This document shows, in pieces, positions 26,740-35,830 of a stretch of 39,409 nt of DNA (positions within the stretch are counted from its first letter, which is position 1; the number at the start of each line of letters is the position of its first letter). The notes beneath the pieces were generated by a model. The model was given only the letters and a program-made list of their open reading frames with translations. It made no database searches and was not told where the DNA came from. Source of the DNA: Pseudomonadota bacterium. Lineage in GTDB: Bacteria > Pseudomonadota > Alphaproteobacteria > CADEGL01. The stretch covers positions 1 through 39,409 of the forward strand of contig JAQCGR010000001.1 of the NCBI GenBank assembly GCA_027619995.1, read 5' to 3'. The position numbers and the translations under genes are program-made.

Positions 26740-27102
26740 TCAGGCCGAGTCGAAGTTCCGCAGAAACTCGATATCCAGGGGCAGTTTTTCGCCGAGCCAC
26801 AGCGCGTGCTCCGCGTGGTCGGCAACCGAATCCTCCGTCTCCGGATGGATCAGGATGGCAAGCGATCCGCGGTTGAGCGCCAGCCAGGGCACGATGGCGG
26901 GGAAGACGTCCGGGGCGAATGCGACCTGGAACATCGACCGGGGATGCGGCCCGACCGGCTCGTCCCGCCAGCGTCCCATGCGCATCTCGAAGCGCGCCTC
27001 GATCGCCTCGCGCAGCACGGCGGCATGGCCGCGCTCTTCCACGTCCTGGTAGTAGATATGGGCGTGCCAGCCTGTGATGTCGGATTCGTCGCGCAAGGTC
27101 AT
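26740..27102 (-). CDS. DOPA 4,5-dioxygenase-family protein, 120 aa
   Basis: GWHAHIYY near the N-terminus and the ~120-aa size match the DOPA_dioxygen family as I remember it. GAGGA lies upstream of the start. Confidence 0.75.
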   Translation of the reverse strand: MTLRDESDITGWHAHIYYQDVEERGHAAVLREAIEARFEMRMGRWRDEPVGPHPRSMFQVAFAPDVFPAIVPWLALNRGSLAILIHPETEDSVADHAEHALWLGEKLPLDIEFLRNFDSA

Positions 27103-27123
27103 GGGAATGGAATTCCTCGGCTA

Positions 27124-27210
27124 GGCCTCATGCTGAGCCTGTCGAAGTATGAGGCCGTGGCAAGGCGCTTGATCGTGCCACCCTCACCCTTCGACAGGCT
27201 CAGGGTGAGG
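27124..27210. repeat. Twin hairpin element: two mutually inverted ~29-bp units (CCTCATGCTGAGCCTGTCGAAGTATGAGG / CCTCACCCTTCGACAGGCTCAGGGTGAGG)
   Basis: Stems are 27124-27131/27149-27156 and 27182-27190/27202-27210. It lies just downstream of the ftsY stop and probably also acts as a terminator. Confidence 0.8.
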
Positions 27211-27246
27211 AAGCATCCGTTGTGAAAACAGGGCCGCCAATCTCGA

Positions 27247-28215
27247 TCACCCTTCCAATCCCATCAAGCCCCGTGCGAAGTCGCGGGCGGAGAAGGGGCG
27301 CAGGTCTTCGGCGCCCTCGCCCACGCCGACGGCGTTGACCGGGATGCCGAATCTTTCGGCCAGGGCGACGATCACCCCGCCGCGGGCGGAGCCGTCGAGC
27401 TTGGTGACGACCAGGCCGGTCAGGGGCGCGGCCTTCTGGAAGGTCTCGACCTGGGCCAGGGCGTTCTGGCCCGTGGTCGCGTCGAGCACCAGCAGGGTGG
27501 CATGGGGCGCGCTCTCGTCATGCTTGCGCAGGACACGGATGATCTTTTCCAGTTCCTCCATCAGATGCGCCTTGTTGTGCAGGCGCCCCGCAGTATCGAC
27601 GAGCAGAACCTCGGTGCCCTCGGCCTTGGCGCGGACGAAGGCGTCATAGGCCAGGCCGGCCGGGCTCGCGCCCTGCTTGCCCGCGACGACGGGTGCGCCG
27701 ATCCGCTCGCCCCAGATCTGCAGCTGCTCGATCGCCGCGGCGCGGAAGGTATCGCCGGCACAGAGCATGACCGAGCGGCCCTCGTCCCTCAGGCGCTTGG
27801 CCAGCTTGCCGATGGTCGTGGTCTTGCCCGTGCCGTTGACCCCGACGACCAGGACGACGAAGGGCCGGATCGCGGGATCGATCTCCAGCGGCCTGGCGGC
27901 GGGTTCCAGGATCCTGGCGATCTGTTCGGCCAGGGCGCCGCGCACCTCCTCCGGCGTGACCTCCTTGCCGAAGCGCGCGCCGGCGAAATCGCCGGCCACC
28001 TTGGCCGCCGTGGCGGGGCCGAGATCGGCCATGATCAGAAGTTCTTCGAGTTCGGCCAGGGACTCTTCGTCCAGCTTGCGCTTGGTGAAGATATCCGTGA
28101 TGCCGCCGGTCAGCTTGTCGGAGGAGCGCCCGAGTCCGGATTTGAGGCGACCGAACCAGCGCCGCTTTTCCGCCTTTTCGTCTTCTTCGGGGCCCTCGGC
28201 GGGTGTCTCGCTCAT
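27247..28215 (-). CDS. ftsY: Signal recognition particle receptor FtsY, 322 aa
   Basis: Contains GVNGTGKTTTIGKLA, DTAGRLHNK and TKLDGSARGG. ATG 28215 (MSETPAEG) overlaps the mtaB stop (ATGA). Confidence 0.95.
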   Translation of the reverse strand: MSETPAEGPEEDEKAEKRRWFGRLKSGLGRSSDKLTGGITDIFTKRKLDEESLAELEELLIMADLGPATAAKVAGDFAGARFGKEVTPEEVRGALAEQIARILEPAARPLEIDPAIRPFVVLVVGVNGTGKTTTIGKLAKRLRDEGRSVMLCAGDTFRAAAIEQLQIWGERIGAPVVAGKQGASPAGLAYDAFVRAKAEGTEVLLVDTAGRLHNKAHLMEELEKIIRVLRKHDESAPHATLLVLDATTGQNALAQVETFQKAAPLTGLVVTKLDGSARGGVIVALAERFGIPVNAVGVGEGAEDLRPFSARDFARGLMGLEG

Positions 28216-29453
28216 GCCGCCGCCGCGATCAGTTCGCCCTCGGCGAGCCCGGCGATTCGCACCGCGGCGATCTCGCCCGGCTCGAAAACCGGTGACAGGC
28301 GCACGGGCGCGTAATGCTCCGACCGGCCGAAGCCCGGTTCCTCGACCAGGACCCGCGCGGTCCCGCCGACCTGGCTTTCGAGATAGCGCCGGAAAGCCGC
28401 CTCGCCCGCCGCGCGCAGGCGCGCCGCCCGCGCCTTGCGCAGATCGCCCGGCACATGGGGCATGCGCGCCGCCGGGGTGCCCGGCCGGGCGGAAAAGGGA
28501 AAGACATGCAGATGGGTCAGACCGCAATCCTCGATCAGGCGCAGGCTGTTCTCGGCCATCGCATCGGTCTCGGTCGGGAAGCCGGCGATCAGATCGGCGC
28601 CGAAGACGGTGTCCGGCCGGCGCCGGCGGATCTCGGCGCAGAGGGTCACGGCATCGGCCCGGCTGTGGCGCCGCTTCATGCGCTTCAGGATCATGTCGTC
28701 GCCCGCCTGCAGGCTCAGATGGAGATGCGGCATCAGGCGGGCCTCGTCGCCGAACAGCGCCATCAGGTCCGCGTCGATCTCGACCGCGTCGAGCGAGGAC
28801 AGGCGCAGGCGTGGCAGTTCCGGCACGGTGGCCAGCAGGCGGCGCACCATTTGGCCCAGGCTGGGTTGGCCGGGCAGGTCGGTCCCATAGGCGGTCATAT
28901 CGACGCCGGTCAGCACGACCTCGCGATAGCCCGCCTCGACCAGGCGGCGGACCTGCTCGGCGATGCGGCCCATGGGCACGCTGCGGCTCGGTCCCCGGCC
29001 GAAGGGGATGATGCAGAAGGTGCAGCGATGGTCGCAGCCGTTCTGGACCTGGACGAAGGCGCGGGCGCGTTCGCCGAAGCCGTCAATCAGATGCCCGGCC
29101 GTTTCCTGCACGGTCATGATGTCGCCGACCTCGACGCCGTCGGTCGGCGCCGCCACCGTCCAGCTCTTCGGATCGAGCTTCTCGACATTGCCCAGGACCC
29201 GGGCGACCTCCGGCATCGCGGCGAAGCGGGCCGGGTCGATCTGGGCGGCGCAACCGGTCACGACGATCTTCGCTCCGGGCCTTTCGCGCGCCGTCCGGCG
29301 GATCGCCTGGCGCGCCTGGCGCTCGGCTTCCTTGGTCACGGCGCAGGTATTGACGATGACGGTGTCTTCGGTACCCGCCGCCAGGCCCCGCATGATCTCG
29401 GACTCGTAGGCGTTGAGGCGGCAGCCGAAGGTCAGGATATCGGGAGCGGTCAT
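28212..29453 (-). CDS. mtaB: tRNA (t6A37) methylthiotransferase MtaB (radical SAM), 413 aa
   Basis: Has the N-terminal TFGCRLNAYES, the radical-SAM CDHRCTFC motif and a C-terminal TRAM-like region. Confidence 0.88.
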   Translation of the reverse strand: MTAPDILTFGCRLNAYESEIMRGLAAGTEDTVIVNTCAVTKEAERQARQAIRRTARERPGAKIVVTGCAAQIDPARFAAMPEVARVLGNVEKLDPKSWTVAAPTDGVEVGDIMTVQETAGHLIDGFGERARAFVQVQNGCDHRCTFCIIPFGRGPSRSVPMGRIAEQVRRLVEAGYREVVLTGVDMTAYGTDLPGQPSLGQMVRRLLATVPELPRLRLSSLDAVEIDADLMALFGDEARLMPHLHLSLQAGDDMILKRMKRRHSRADAVTLCAEIRRRRPDTVFGADLIAGFPTETDAMAENSLRLIEDCGLTHLHVFPFSARPGTPAARMPHVPGDLRKARAARLRAAGEAAFRRYLESQVGGTARVLVEEPGFGRSEHYAPVRLSPVFEPGEIAAVRIAGLAEGELIAAAA

Positions 29454-29460
29454 GGTGGGA

Positions 29461-30318
29461 TCAGCCGGCCAGATCGCCGGCGAGACCGCCAGCCAGATCG
29501 GGCGCCAGTTCGCCCGTGAAGCTCAGCGCCACGGGGCCGGCCATGCGGACATGGCCGTTCTCCAGCCATTCGATGACGAGCGGCCCGCCGTCCAGGATCA
29601 CTTCGGCCTTGCGCTCGCTCAACCCGCGCCGGGCGGCGGCGACCAGGCTGGCGCAGGCGCCCGAACCGCAGGCGCGGGTCACGCCCACGCCGCGCTCCCA
29701 GACCCGCATGCGCAGCCGGTCGCGGGCCAGGACCTGCACGGCCTCGACATTGGTCCGTCGGGGAAACAAGGGGTGCTTTTCGACCAGGGGGCCGTATTCC
29801 TCGATGGCGATCGTGTCCATGTCGTCGACGAAGAAGACGATATGCGGATTGCCGATATTGACCGCGCAGCCGTCGGAAAAGGGGCCGACCTCGAGATCGA
29901 CATGATCGGTATCGGTTTCGCCCGCCAGGGGAATCTCGTCCCAGCGCTCGCGCGCGCGGCCCATATCGACCGCGACCAGCCCGTCTGCCGTGCGCTCGGC
30001 CGGCAGCAACCCATAGACCGTTTCGATCACGCTGCAGTCGCGTCCAGTCTCGCGCATCAGCAGATCGGCCACGCAGCGCGAGGCATTGCCGCAGGCTTCG
30101 ACCTCGTCGCCATCGGCGTTGAGGATCTGCATGAAAGCCTCGGCGCCCGGATCGCGCGGCGGATGCACGACGATAAGCTGGTCGCAGCCCACCCCCAGGC
30201 GCCGGTCGCTGATCGCGCGTGCGCGTGCGGGATCCACTCGGATCGGATGCGCCCGGCCGTCGAGCACGACGAAGTCGTTGCCCAACCCGTGCATCTTCAT
30301 GAAGGGCGTCGTGGCCAT
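29461..30318 (-). CDS. dapF: Diaminopimelate epimerase, 285 aa
   Basis: Contains KMHGLGNDFVV. The two catalytic-Cys regions are EACGNASRC and TRACGSGACAS. Confidence 0.95.
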   Translation of the reverse strand: MATTPFMKMHGLGNDFVVLDGRAHPIRVDPARARAISDRRLGVGCDQLIVVHPPRDPGAEAFMQILNADGDEVEACGNASRCVADLLMRETGRDCSVIETVYGLLPAERTADGLVAVDMGRARERWDEIPLAGETDTDHVDLEVGPFSDGCAVNIGNPHIVFFVDDMDTIAIEEYGPLVEKHPLFPRRTNVEAVQVLARDRLRMRVWERGVGVTRACGSGACASLVAAARRGLSERKAEVILDGGPLVIEWLENGHVRMAGPVALSFTGELAPDLAGGLAGDLAG

Positions 30319-30439
30319 GACCGGCCTTATATGGTCCGCAACGCCGCCTTGTCCAACGGGTGTGAAGGGCGAGGATGGGGCGTGACGAATTTGCGAGACC
30401 CGCTTTTGGGTTATCGGTTTAGGGGTTCCTCGGCGGCAG

Positions 30440-30639
30440 CCCCCTCACCCAGCTACGCCTAGGCGCTGAAGCGCCAAGGCTGCCCAACCCTCTCCCCCTG
30501 GTGGGGGCGAGGGGCACAGTAGATGCTATTTGAACGGTGAATGACCCCTCTTTTTCCCCTCTCCACCCGGGATCGGGGGGAATGGGTTGCGAAGGCTTGG
30601 CGAGGCGCAGCCGAGCCTAGCCGTAGCTGGGTGAGGGGG
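30440..30639. repeat. 200-bp MITE-like palindromic element with 25-bp terminal inverted repeats (CCCCCTCACCCAGCTACGCCTAGGC)
   Basis: The left TIR (30440-30464) and right TIR (30615-30639) match at 24 of 25 positions as reverse complements. The interior is also imperfectly self-complementary (GCGCCAAGGC...GCCTTGGCG). Confidence 0.8.
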
Positions 30640-30686
30640 TGCGACGGCCCGGCGCTCGCGCGAGGCCGGGTGGACTCGAAAACCCG

Positions 30687-30980
30687 TCAGCCCGGCAGGC
30701 CGTCGACCAGGAGCAGCTGGATATCGGCCGCGCCCATGCGGGCCTCCTGGACTTTCTTGTACTCGGGCGAGGTGATCCAGGCGCGGGCAGTGGCCATATC
30801 CTTGAACTCGATGATGCCCATGCGCGCCGCCTCTTCCGGTCCCTCATGGGTTTCCGGCTGGCCGGCGGACAGCATGCGGCCGCCGAAGGCCGCGATGGTG
30901 GCCGGCGAATCCTCGCGATAAGCCTGGATTTTCGCCGTATCGGTGACATTGGACATGCGGAAGATCAGATAGGCGGGCAT
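30687..30980 (-). CDS. DUF1330-family protein, 97 aa
   Basis: MPAYLIFRMSNVTD...YREDSPATIAAFGGR...IIEFKDMATARAW..SPEY matches DUF1330 in size and pattern. GAGGAGGGG lies upstream. Confidence 0.82.
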   Translation of the reverse strand: MPAYLIFRMSNVTDTAKIQAYREDSPATIAAFGGRMLSAGQPETHEGPEEAARMGIIEFKDMATARAWITSPEYKKVQEARMGAADIQLLLVDGLPG

Positions 30981-31028
30981 CGTGCCCCTCCTCAGGTTGA
31001 TGGGTTGAACGGGAAGGGCACGCGCCGC

Positions 31029-31997
31029 CTATTCGGCCGCCGCGCGCTGGGCGCCGATGGTCGTGACCTTGTTGGTCGCGTCGAGGGTGTAGCCGTACTG
31101 CCCCGCGATGCCGAGCTCGCGCACGATCTCCACGCCCTTGGCCAGGGCCGCGCCCTCCAGCCCCTTGAGCGGGCGGCGGAACGGGCCGGCCGGCAGGCCG
31201 AGCGCCCGGGCCAGGGCCTTCACGGCGACCGGGTTGATGGCCGAATAGTGGAAATGCAGCAGCGGCAGGACCCGCAGATAGGTCTCGCGGAAGGCCTCGA
31301 CCTGGGCGAAATCCTTCCAGGGCACCGAGATCGTCGCCATCTCGGCGGGGATGATGTTGCCACCCATATTGGCCGTGCCGTGGCCGCCCAGGCTCATCAC
31401 CTGCATGACCAGGCCCAGATTGGGCGAATCGCAGCACATGATGGAAAGATGCTGGCCGGCGCGGGCGATCTGGGCGATCTGGTTGCCGCGCGAGGTCGCC
31501 TCCTTCAGCAGCACGATATTCTCGTGGCTGGCGATCTTGATCATCGCCTCGGCCGAAAGATCGGTCTTCACCCGCGTTGGGTTGTTGTAGACGCCGACCG
31601 GCACCGTCGCGGCATCGGCCACTTCGATGAAATAGTCGATCGAATCGGCCTCGGGCGGCACGACATAGGACGGGATGGTGACGACGATGCCGTTGGCGCC
31701 CTCGGCGCTGGCATGGCGCACGGTCGACAGGGTCGCGTCCGTATGGGCGCCCGTGCAGCCGTACCACAGCTCCATGTCTCCCGTGCGCATGGCCAGGGTC
31801 TTGGAGATGATCTCCTTCTTCTCGTCCGGCGCCAGCATCGAGGCCTCGCCGGTCGAACCCATGATCAGCACGGCGCTGGTGCCATGCGCCGCCTGGAACT
31901 CCAGCAGGGTGCGGAAACCCTCCCAATCGACCGAATAGTCCTCGTTGAACGGGGTCATCAGGGCGACGAAGGAGCCGGTGAGAAGCTTGTGGGCCAT
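31029..31997 (-). CDS. Dihydrodipicolinate synthase/N-acetylneuraminate lyase-family class I aldolase, 322 aa
   Basis: Contains ALMTPF, MGSTGEA and the Schiff-base Lys region VLLKEAT. I chose ATG 31997 (MAHKLLTGS). It is longer and more divergent than canonical DapA, so no symbol is given. Confidence 0.85.
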   Translation of the reverse strand: MAHKLLTGSFVALMTPFNEDYSVDWEGFRTLLEFQAAHGTSAVLIMGSTGEASMLAPDEKKEIISKTLAMRTGDMELWYGCTGAHTDATLSTVRHASAEGANGIVVTIPSYVVPPEADSIDYFIEVADAATVPVGVYNNPTRVKTDLSAEAMIKIASHENIVLLKEATSRGNQIAQIARAGQHLSIMCCDSPNLGLVMQVMSLGGHGTANMGGNIIPAEMATISVPWKDFAQVEAFRETYLRVLPLLHFHYSAINPVAVKALARALGLPAGPFRRPLKGLEGAALAKGVEIVRELGIAGQYGYTLDATNKVTTIGAQRAAAE

Positions 31998-32147
31998 GGG
32001 TCTGGTTGTCCTTGGCGATGCGAGAATGAATGAAGACGGGTTCCCGTGTATATCATCACAGCGGGCCGGATGCCCGCAAGCGGCGGGGCGCGAGCGGTTC
32101 GACTCCCATTGCCGCCTGGGCCATACTGGAATTCCTCGGAAACGAGC

Positions 32148-32333
32148 ATGGAGGCGGAGGTGGAAAGCTTCGCCGCCCTTGAGGAAACGGAAGACCGGCT
32201 CGGCCCGACTGCGGCCGAAGCTTCCGATGGCGCCGGCCACATCGCCCCGCGCCCGCTGCGCCGCCATATGCCCGAACTGGCCCTTGGCCTCGTCTGCGCC
32301 GCCGTCGTTGCCGCGCTCCTCGCCTCGGTCTGA
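32148..32333 (+). CDS. Possible small acidic protein with a C-terminal hydrophobic anchor, 61 aa (hypothetical)
   Basis: This is the only ORF with coding-like third-position GC in the 494-bp gap (MEAEVESFAALEETEDRL...LALGLVCAAVVAALLASV). It has no clear RBS. Confidence 0.22.
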   Translation: MEAEVESFAALEETEDRLGPTAAEASDGAGHIAPRPLRRHMPELALGLVCAAVVAALLASV

Positions 32334-32490
32334 CGCCGTCCGGGCTGCTTGACGGGAGCGATGGCCGGGCCTAGGGTCCGCGCCAATCTATCAGGGATGA
32401 ACCCTGACCCCTGACGGGGATCGCCGGTCCGCGAGTTTTCGCGCACTGGCGCGTTTTGCGTTTGGCCGGTTGGAACGGGACGACACCGTC

Positions 32491-33867
32491 ATGTTCGAAA
32501 GTCTGAGCAGCAGGCTCGGCGAGGTCTTCGACAAGCTCACGCGGCGCGGCGCGCTGCGCGAGGAGGATGTCGATGCGGCCCTGCGCGAGGTGCGCGTCGC
32601 GCTGCTTGAGGCCGATGTCGCCCTGCCTGTGGTCAAGACATTCATCGAAGGCGTGCGCGAGCGCGCGGTCGGCCAGGAGGTGCTGCGCAGCGTCACCCCC
32701 GGCCAGATGGTGGTGAAGATCGTCCACGACCATCTGGTCGAGATGCTCGGCGGCGAGGCCGAGGAGATCAACCTGCGCGCCGCCCCGCCGGTGGCGATCC
32801 TGATGGTCGGGTTGCAGGGCTCGGGCAAGACGACGAGCACGGCGAAGATCGCCAAGCTGCTGACCACCCGGCAGAAGAAAAAGGTCCTGATGGCCTCGCT
32901 GGACGTGCGCCGTCCGGCCGCCCAGGAACAGCTTGCCGTGCTCGGCCGCCAGGCCGGCATCGCGACCCTGCCCGTGGTGATGGGCGAGCCGCCGGTCGCC
33001 ATCGCCAGGCGGGCGATGCAGTCGGCGCGGCTCGAAGCCTATGACGTCGTGATGCTGGACACCGCCGGCCGCCTGCATGTCGACGATGCGCTGATGACCG
33101 AGGCCGAGGCGGTCGCCCAGGTGGTGGGCGCGGTCGAGACCCTGCTGGTGGCCGATGCCATGACCGGCCAGGACGCGGTCAACGTGGCGCAGAGCTTCGA
33201 CCAGCGCCTGACCCTGACCGGCATCGTGCTGACCCGGGTCGATGGTGATGCGCGGGGCGGCGCCGCGCTGTCCATGCGCGGGGTCACCGGGCGGCCGATC
33301 AAGCTGATGGGCACGGGCGAGGGACTCGATGCGATCGAGCCCTTTCATCCCGACCGCATCGCCGGCCGCATCCTGGGCATGGGCGATATCGTCGGCCTGG
33401 TCGAAAAGGCCCAGGAGACGATGGAGGAGGACGAGGCCAAGCGCCTCGCCAAGAAATTCGAGAAGGGCAAGTTCGACCTCGAGGACATGGCCCAGCAGCT
33501 CCGCCAGATGCGCAAGATGGGCGGGCTCGAAGGGGTTCTCGGCCTGCTGCCCGGCGTCGGCAAGATGAAAAAGCAGCTGGCCCAGGCCAATGTCGACGAA
33601 TCCATGCTGATCCGGCAGGAGGCGATGATCTCCTCCATGACGGTGAAGGAGCGACAGCGCCCCGAAATCATCAAGGCGTCGCGCAAGCGGCGCATCGCCA
33701 CGGGCTCCGGTACCTCGGTGCAGGACATCAACAAGCTGCTCAAGCAGTTCCAGGAAATGCAGCGAATGATGAAGCAGATGAAGAAGCTCGGGCAGAAGGG
33801 AATGATGCGCGGCGGGATGCCGGGCATGCCCGGAATGCCGGGCGGCCCCGGCCTGCCTCAACGCTGA
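32491..33867 (+). CDS. ffh: Signal recognition particle protein Ffh, 458 aa
   Basis: Starts MFESLSSRLGEVFDKL. It contains GLQGSGKTTSTAKIA and DTAGRLH, followed by a Met-rich M domain and a GMPGMPGMPGGPG tail. Confidence 0.97.
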   Translation: MFESLSSRLGEVFDKLTRRGALREEDVDAALREVRVALLEADVALPVVKTFIEGVRERAVGQEVLRSVTPGQMVVKIVHDHLVEMLGGEAEEINLRAAPPVAILMVGLQGSGKTTSTAKIAKLLTTRQKKKVLMASLDVRRPAAQEQLAVLGRQAGIATLPVVMGEPPVAIARRAMQSARLEAYDVVMLDTAGRLHVDDALMTEAEAVAQVVGAVETLLVADAMTGQDAVNVAQSFDQRLTLTGIVLTRVDGDARGGAALSMRGVTGRPIKLMGTGEGLDAIEPFHPDRIAGRILGMGDIVGLVEKAQETMEEDEAKRLAKKFEKGKFDLEDMAQQLRQMRKMGGLEGVLGLLPGVGKMKKQLAQANVDESMLIRQEAMISSMTVKERQRPEIIKASRKRRIATGSGTSVQDINKLLKQFQEMQRMMKQMKKLGQKGMMRGGMPGMPGMPGGPGLPQR

Positions 33868-33922
33868 GCCGAACCGATTCGAAAAATTCCGAATAGAAAC
33901 AAACGAGAGATAGAGATTAGGC

Positions 33923-34477
33923 ATGCTTAGAATTCGTCTGTCGCGCGGCGGCGCCAAGAAGCGCCCCTATTACCGCATTGTCGTCGCCGATTCGCGCAGC
34001 CCGCGCGATGGTCGCTTCATCGAGCGTATCGGCTCCTACAACCCGATGCTCACCAAGGAAGATCCCAAGCGGATCGTGCTGGACGAGGCGCGCGCGCGTC
34101 ATTGGCTCGGCGTCGGCGCCCAGCCCTCGGACCGGGTCGCGCGCTTCCTGGGTCAGGCCGGCGTCGTGCCGGTCCCGGCGATTCCCGAGCAGACCAAGAA
34201 GAACCAGCCCAAGGCCAAGGCCGTCGCGCGCGTGAAGGAAGCCGAGGAGGCCAAGGAGGCCGCCGTCGCTGCCGCCGCCCAGGCTGCCGAGGAAGCCGCC
34301 GCCGCCCCGGCCGAGGAGCCGGCCGCCGAAGTCGCGGAAGAGGCGCCTGCTGCCGAGGCTCCGGCCGCGGCGGAGGAAGCGCCGGCCGAGGAAGCGAAGC
34401 CGGCCGAAGAAGCAAAGCCGGCCGAGGAAGAGAAGCCCGCCGAAGAAGAGAAGGCGGAAGAAGAGAAGAAGGACTAG
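33923..34477 (+). CDS. rpsP: 30S ribosomal protein S16 with a ~90-aa Ala/Glu/Lys/Pro-rich C-terminal extension, 184 aa
   Basis: Starts [34 protein letters not shown]. The tail contains tandem [12 protein letters not shown] units. Confidence 0.95.
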   Translation: MLRIRLSRGGAKKRPYYRIVVADSRSPRDGRFIERIGSYNPMLTKEDPKRIVLDEARARHWLGVGAQPSDRVARFLGQAGVVPVPAIPEQTKKNQPKAKAVARVKEAEEAKEAAVAAAAQAAEEAAAAPAEEPAAEVAEEAPAAEAPAAAEEAPAEEAKPAEEAKPAEEEKPAEEEKAEEEKKD

Positions 34478-34501
34478 TTCCGCTCGGGCCGGAGCGGCCG
34501 C

Positions 34502-35089
34502 GTGGCGGCGCGACCTGATCTCGTCTGCGTGGGCGCCTTCGCCGGCGCCCACGGGGTTCGGGGCGGGGTCAAGCTGCGCAGCTTCACCGAGGATCCGGAG
34601 GCCATCGCCGCCTATGGCCCGTTGTTCGACGAAAGCGGGGCTCGGCGGTTCGAGATCCGCCTGGAGGGACGATCGGGCGGGCTGCTGCTGGCGCGGCTGA
34701 ACGGGGTCGAGGATCGGAACGCGGCCGAGGCCCTCAAGGGCTTGCGGCTCTACGTGCCGCGCGAGGCCCTGCCGCCGCCTGAGGGAGACGAGTTCTATAT
34801 CGTCGATCTGATCGGCCTCGCGGTCGAGGGGAAGGACGGCGAGGTCTTCGGCAAGGTGCTCGCGATCCACGATTTCGGCGCGGGCGAGTTGCTGGAGATC
34901 GGGACTGCCGAGGGGCGGAGCGAGATGATCCCCTTCACGGCCGAGGCCGTGCCGGAAGTCGACCAGGCGGGGAGGCGGATCGTCATAGACCCGCCGGCCG
35001 GATTGTTCGACGAGGCGGAACGGGCCGGAGCGGAAGACGGAACCGAAGACGGAGCGGAAGCCGAAAGGGAAGAAGGAGAGAAGGGGTGA
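34502..35089 (+). CDS. rimM: 16S rRNA processing protein RimM, 195 aa
   Basis: GTG start. [15 protein letters not shown] is followed by a PRC-barrel-like C-terminal half and an acidic tail. Operon position is rpsP-rimM-trmD. Confidence 0.9.
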   Translation: MAARPDLVCVGAFAGAHGVRGGVKLRSFTEDPEAIAAYGPLFDESGARRFEIRLEGRSGGLLLARLNGVEDRNAAEALKGLRLYVPREALPPPEGDEFYIVDLIGLAVEGKDGEVFGKVLAIHDFGAGELLEIGTAEGRSEMIPFTAEAVPEVDQAGRRIVIDPPAGLFDEAERAGAEDGTEDGAEAEREEGEKG

Positions 35090-35826
35090 CCGGGGAGGCA
35101 AGCGACCCGGCCTGGCGGGCCACGGTGCTGACGATCTTCCCGGAGATGCTTCCCGGGCCGCTCGGCTGCTCGCTGGCCGGAAAGGCGCTCGAAGCGGGCG
35201 TATGGGCGCTGGAAACGGTGGACATCCGCGATTTTGCGCGCGATAAACACGCCTCCGTCGACGACTCACCTTTCGGTGGCGGGGCCGGCATGGTGCTGCG
35301 CCCCGACGTGGTCGATCCCGCGCTCGAGGCGGTGGCCTCGGCGCCGGGTCCGGCCATCTATCTTTCGCCGCGCGGCGCGCCCCTCACCCAGGCGCGAATC
35401 GCGGGGCTGGCTTCGGGGCCGGGCATGGTCCTGCTCTGCGGCCGGTACGAAGGGTTGGACGAACGGGTGATCGAGGCGCGCGGGCTGGAGGAGATCAGCC
35501 TGGGCGACTTTGTCCTGTCCGGTGGCGAACCGGCGGCGATCTGCCTGATCGACGCCTGCGTGCGCCTTCTGCCGGGCGTGATGGGTGCGGCCAATTCGGC
35601 CGAGGAGGAGAGTTTCAGCCGGGGGCTGTTGGAATACCCCCATTACACCCGGCCCCGCGAATGGGCCGGACGCAGCGTGCCGGAGGAGTTGCTCTCCGGG
35701 CACCACGAACGGATAGAGGATTGGCGCCTGGCCCAGGCCGAGCGCATCACGAAGGAACGCCGCCCCGACCTCTGGACCCGCTACCAAGCGGGACGGGCGG
35801 CCGGCGGCGGAACGGAAAGGAACTAA
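35086..35826 (+). CDS. trmD: tRNA (guanine37-N1)-methyltransferase TrmD, 246 aa
   Basis: Contains [24 protein letters not shown] and LSGGEPAA. The GTG start overlaps the rimM stop (GTGA). Confidence 0.95.
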   Translation: MTGEASDPAWRATVLTIFPEMLPGPLGCSLAGKALEAGVWALETVDIRDFARDKHASVDDSPFGGGAGMVLRPDVVDPALEAVASAPGPAIYLSPRGAPLTQARIAGLASGPGMVLLCGRYEGLDERVIEARGLEEISLGDFVLSGGEPAAICLIDACVRLLPGVMGAANSAEEESFSRGLLEYPHYTRPREWAGRSVPEELLSGHHERIEDWRLAQAERITKERRPDLWTRYQAGRAAGGGTERN

Positions 35827-35830
35827 GGCC

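Noticed and set aside
32061-32123. A tRNA- or tmRNA-acceptor-like segment (GGTTCGACTCC at 32096-32106, followed by ...GCCGCCTGGGCCA).
   Set aside because: - The putative T-stem does not pair (AGCGG versus CCCAT gives only 3 of 5 pairs).
- No acceptor, D or anticodon arms can be drawn.
- No tag-like reading frame follows. The resemblance is probably chance, or at most a decayed fragment.
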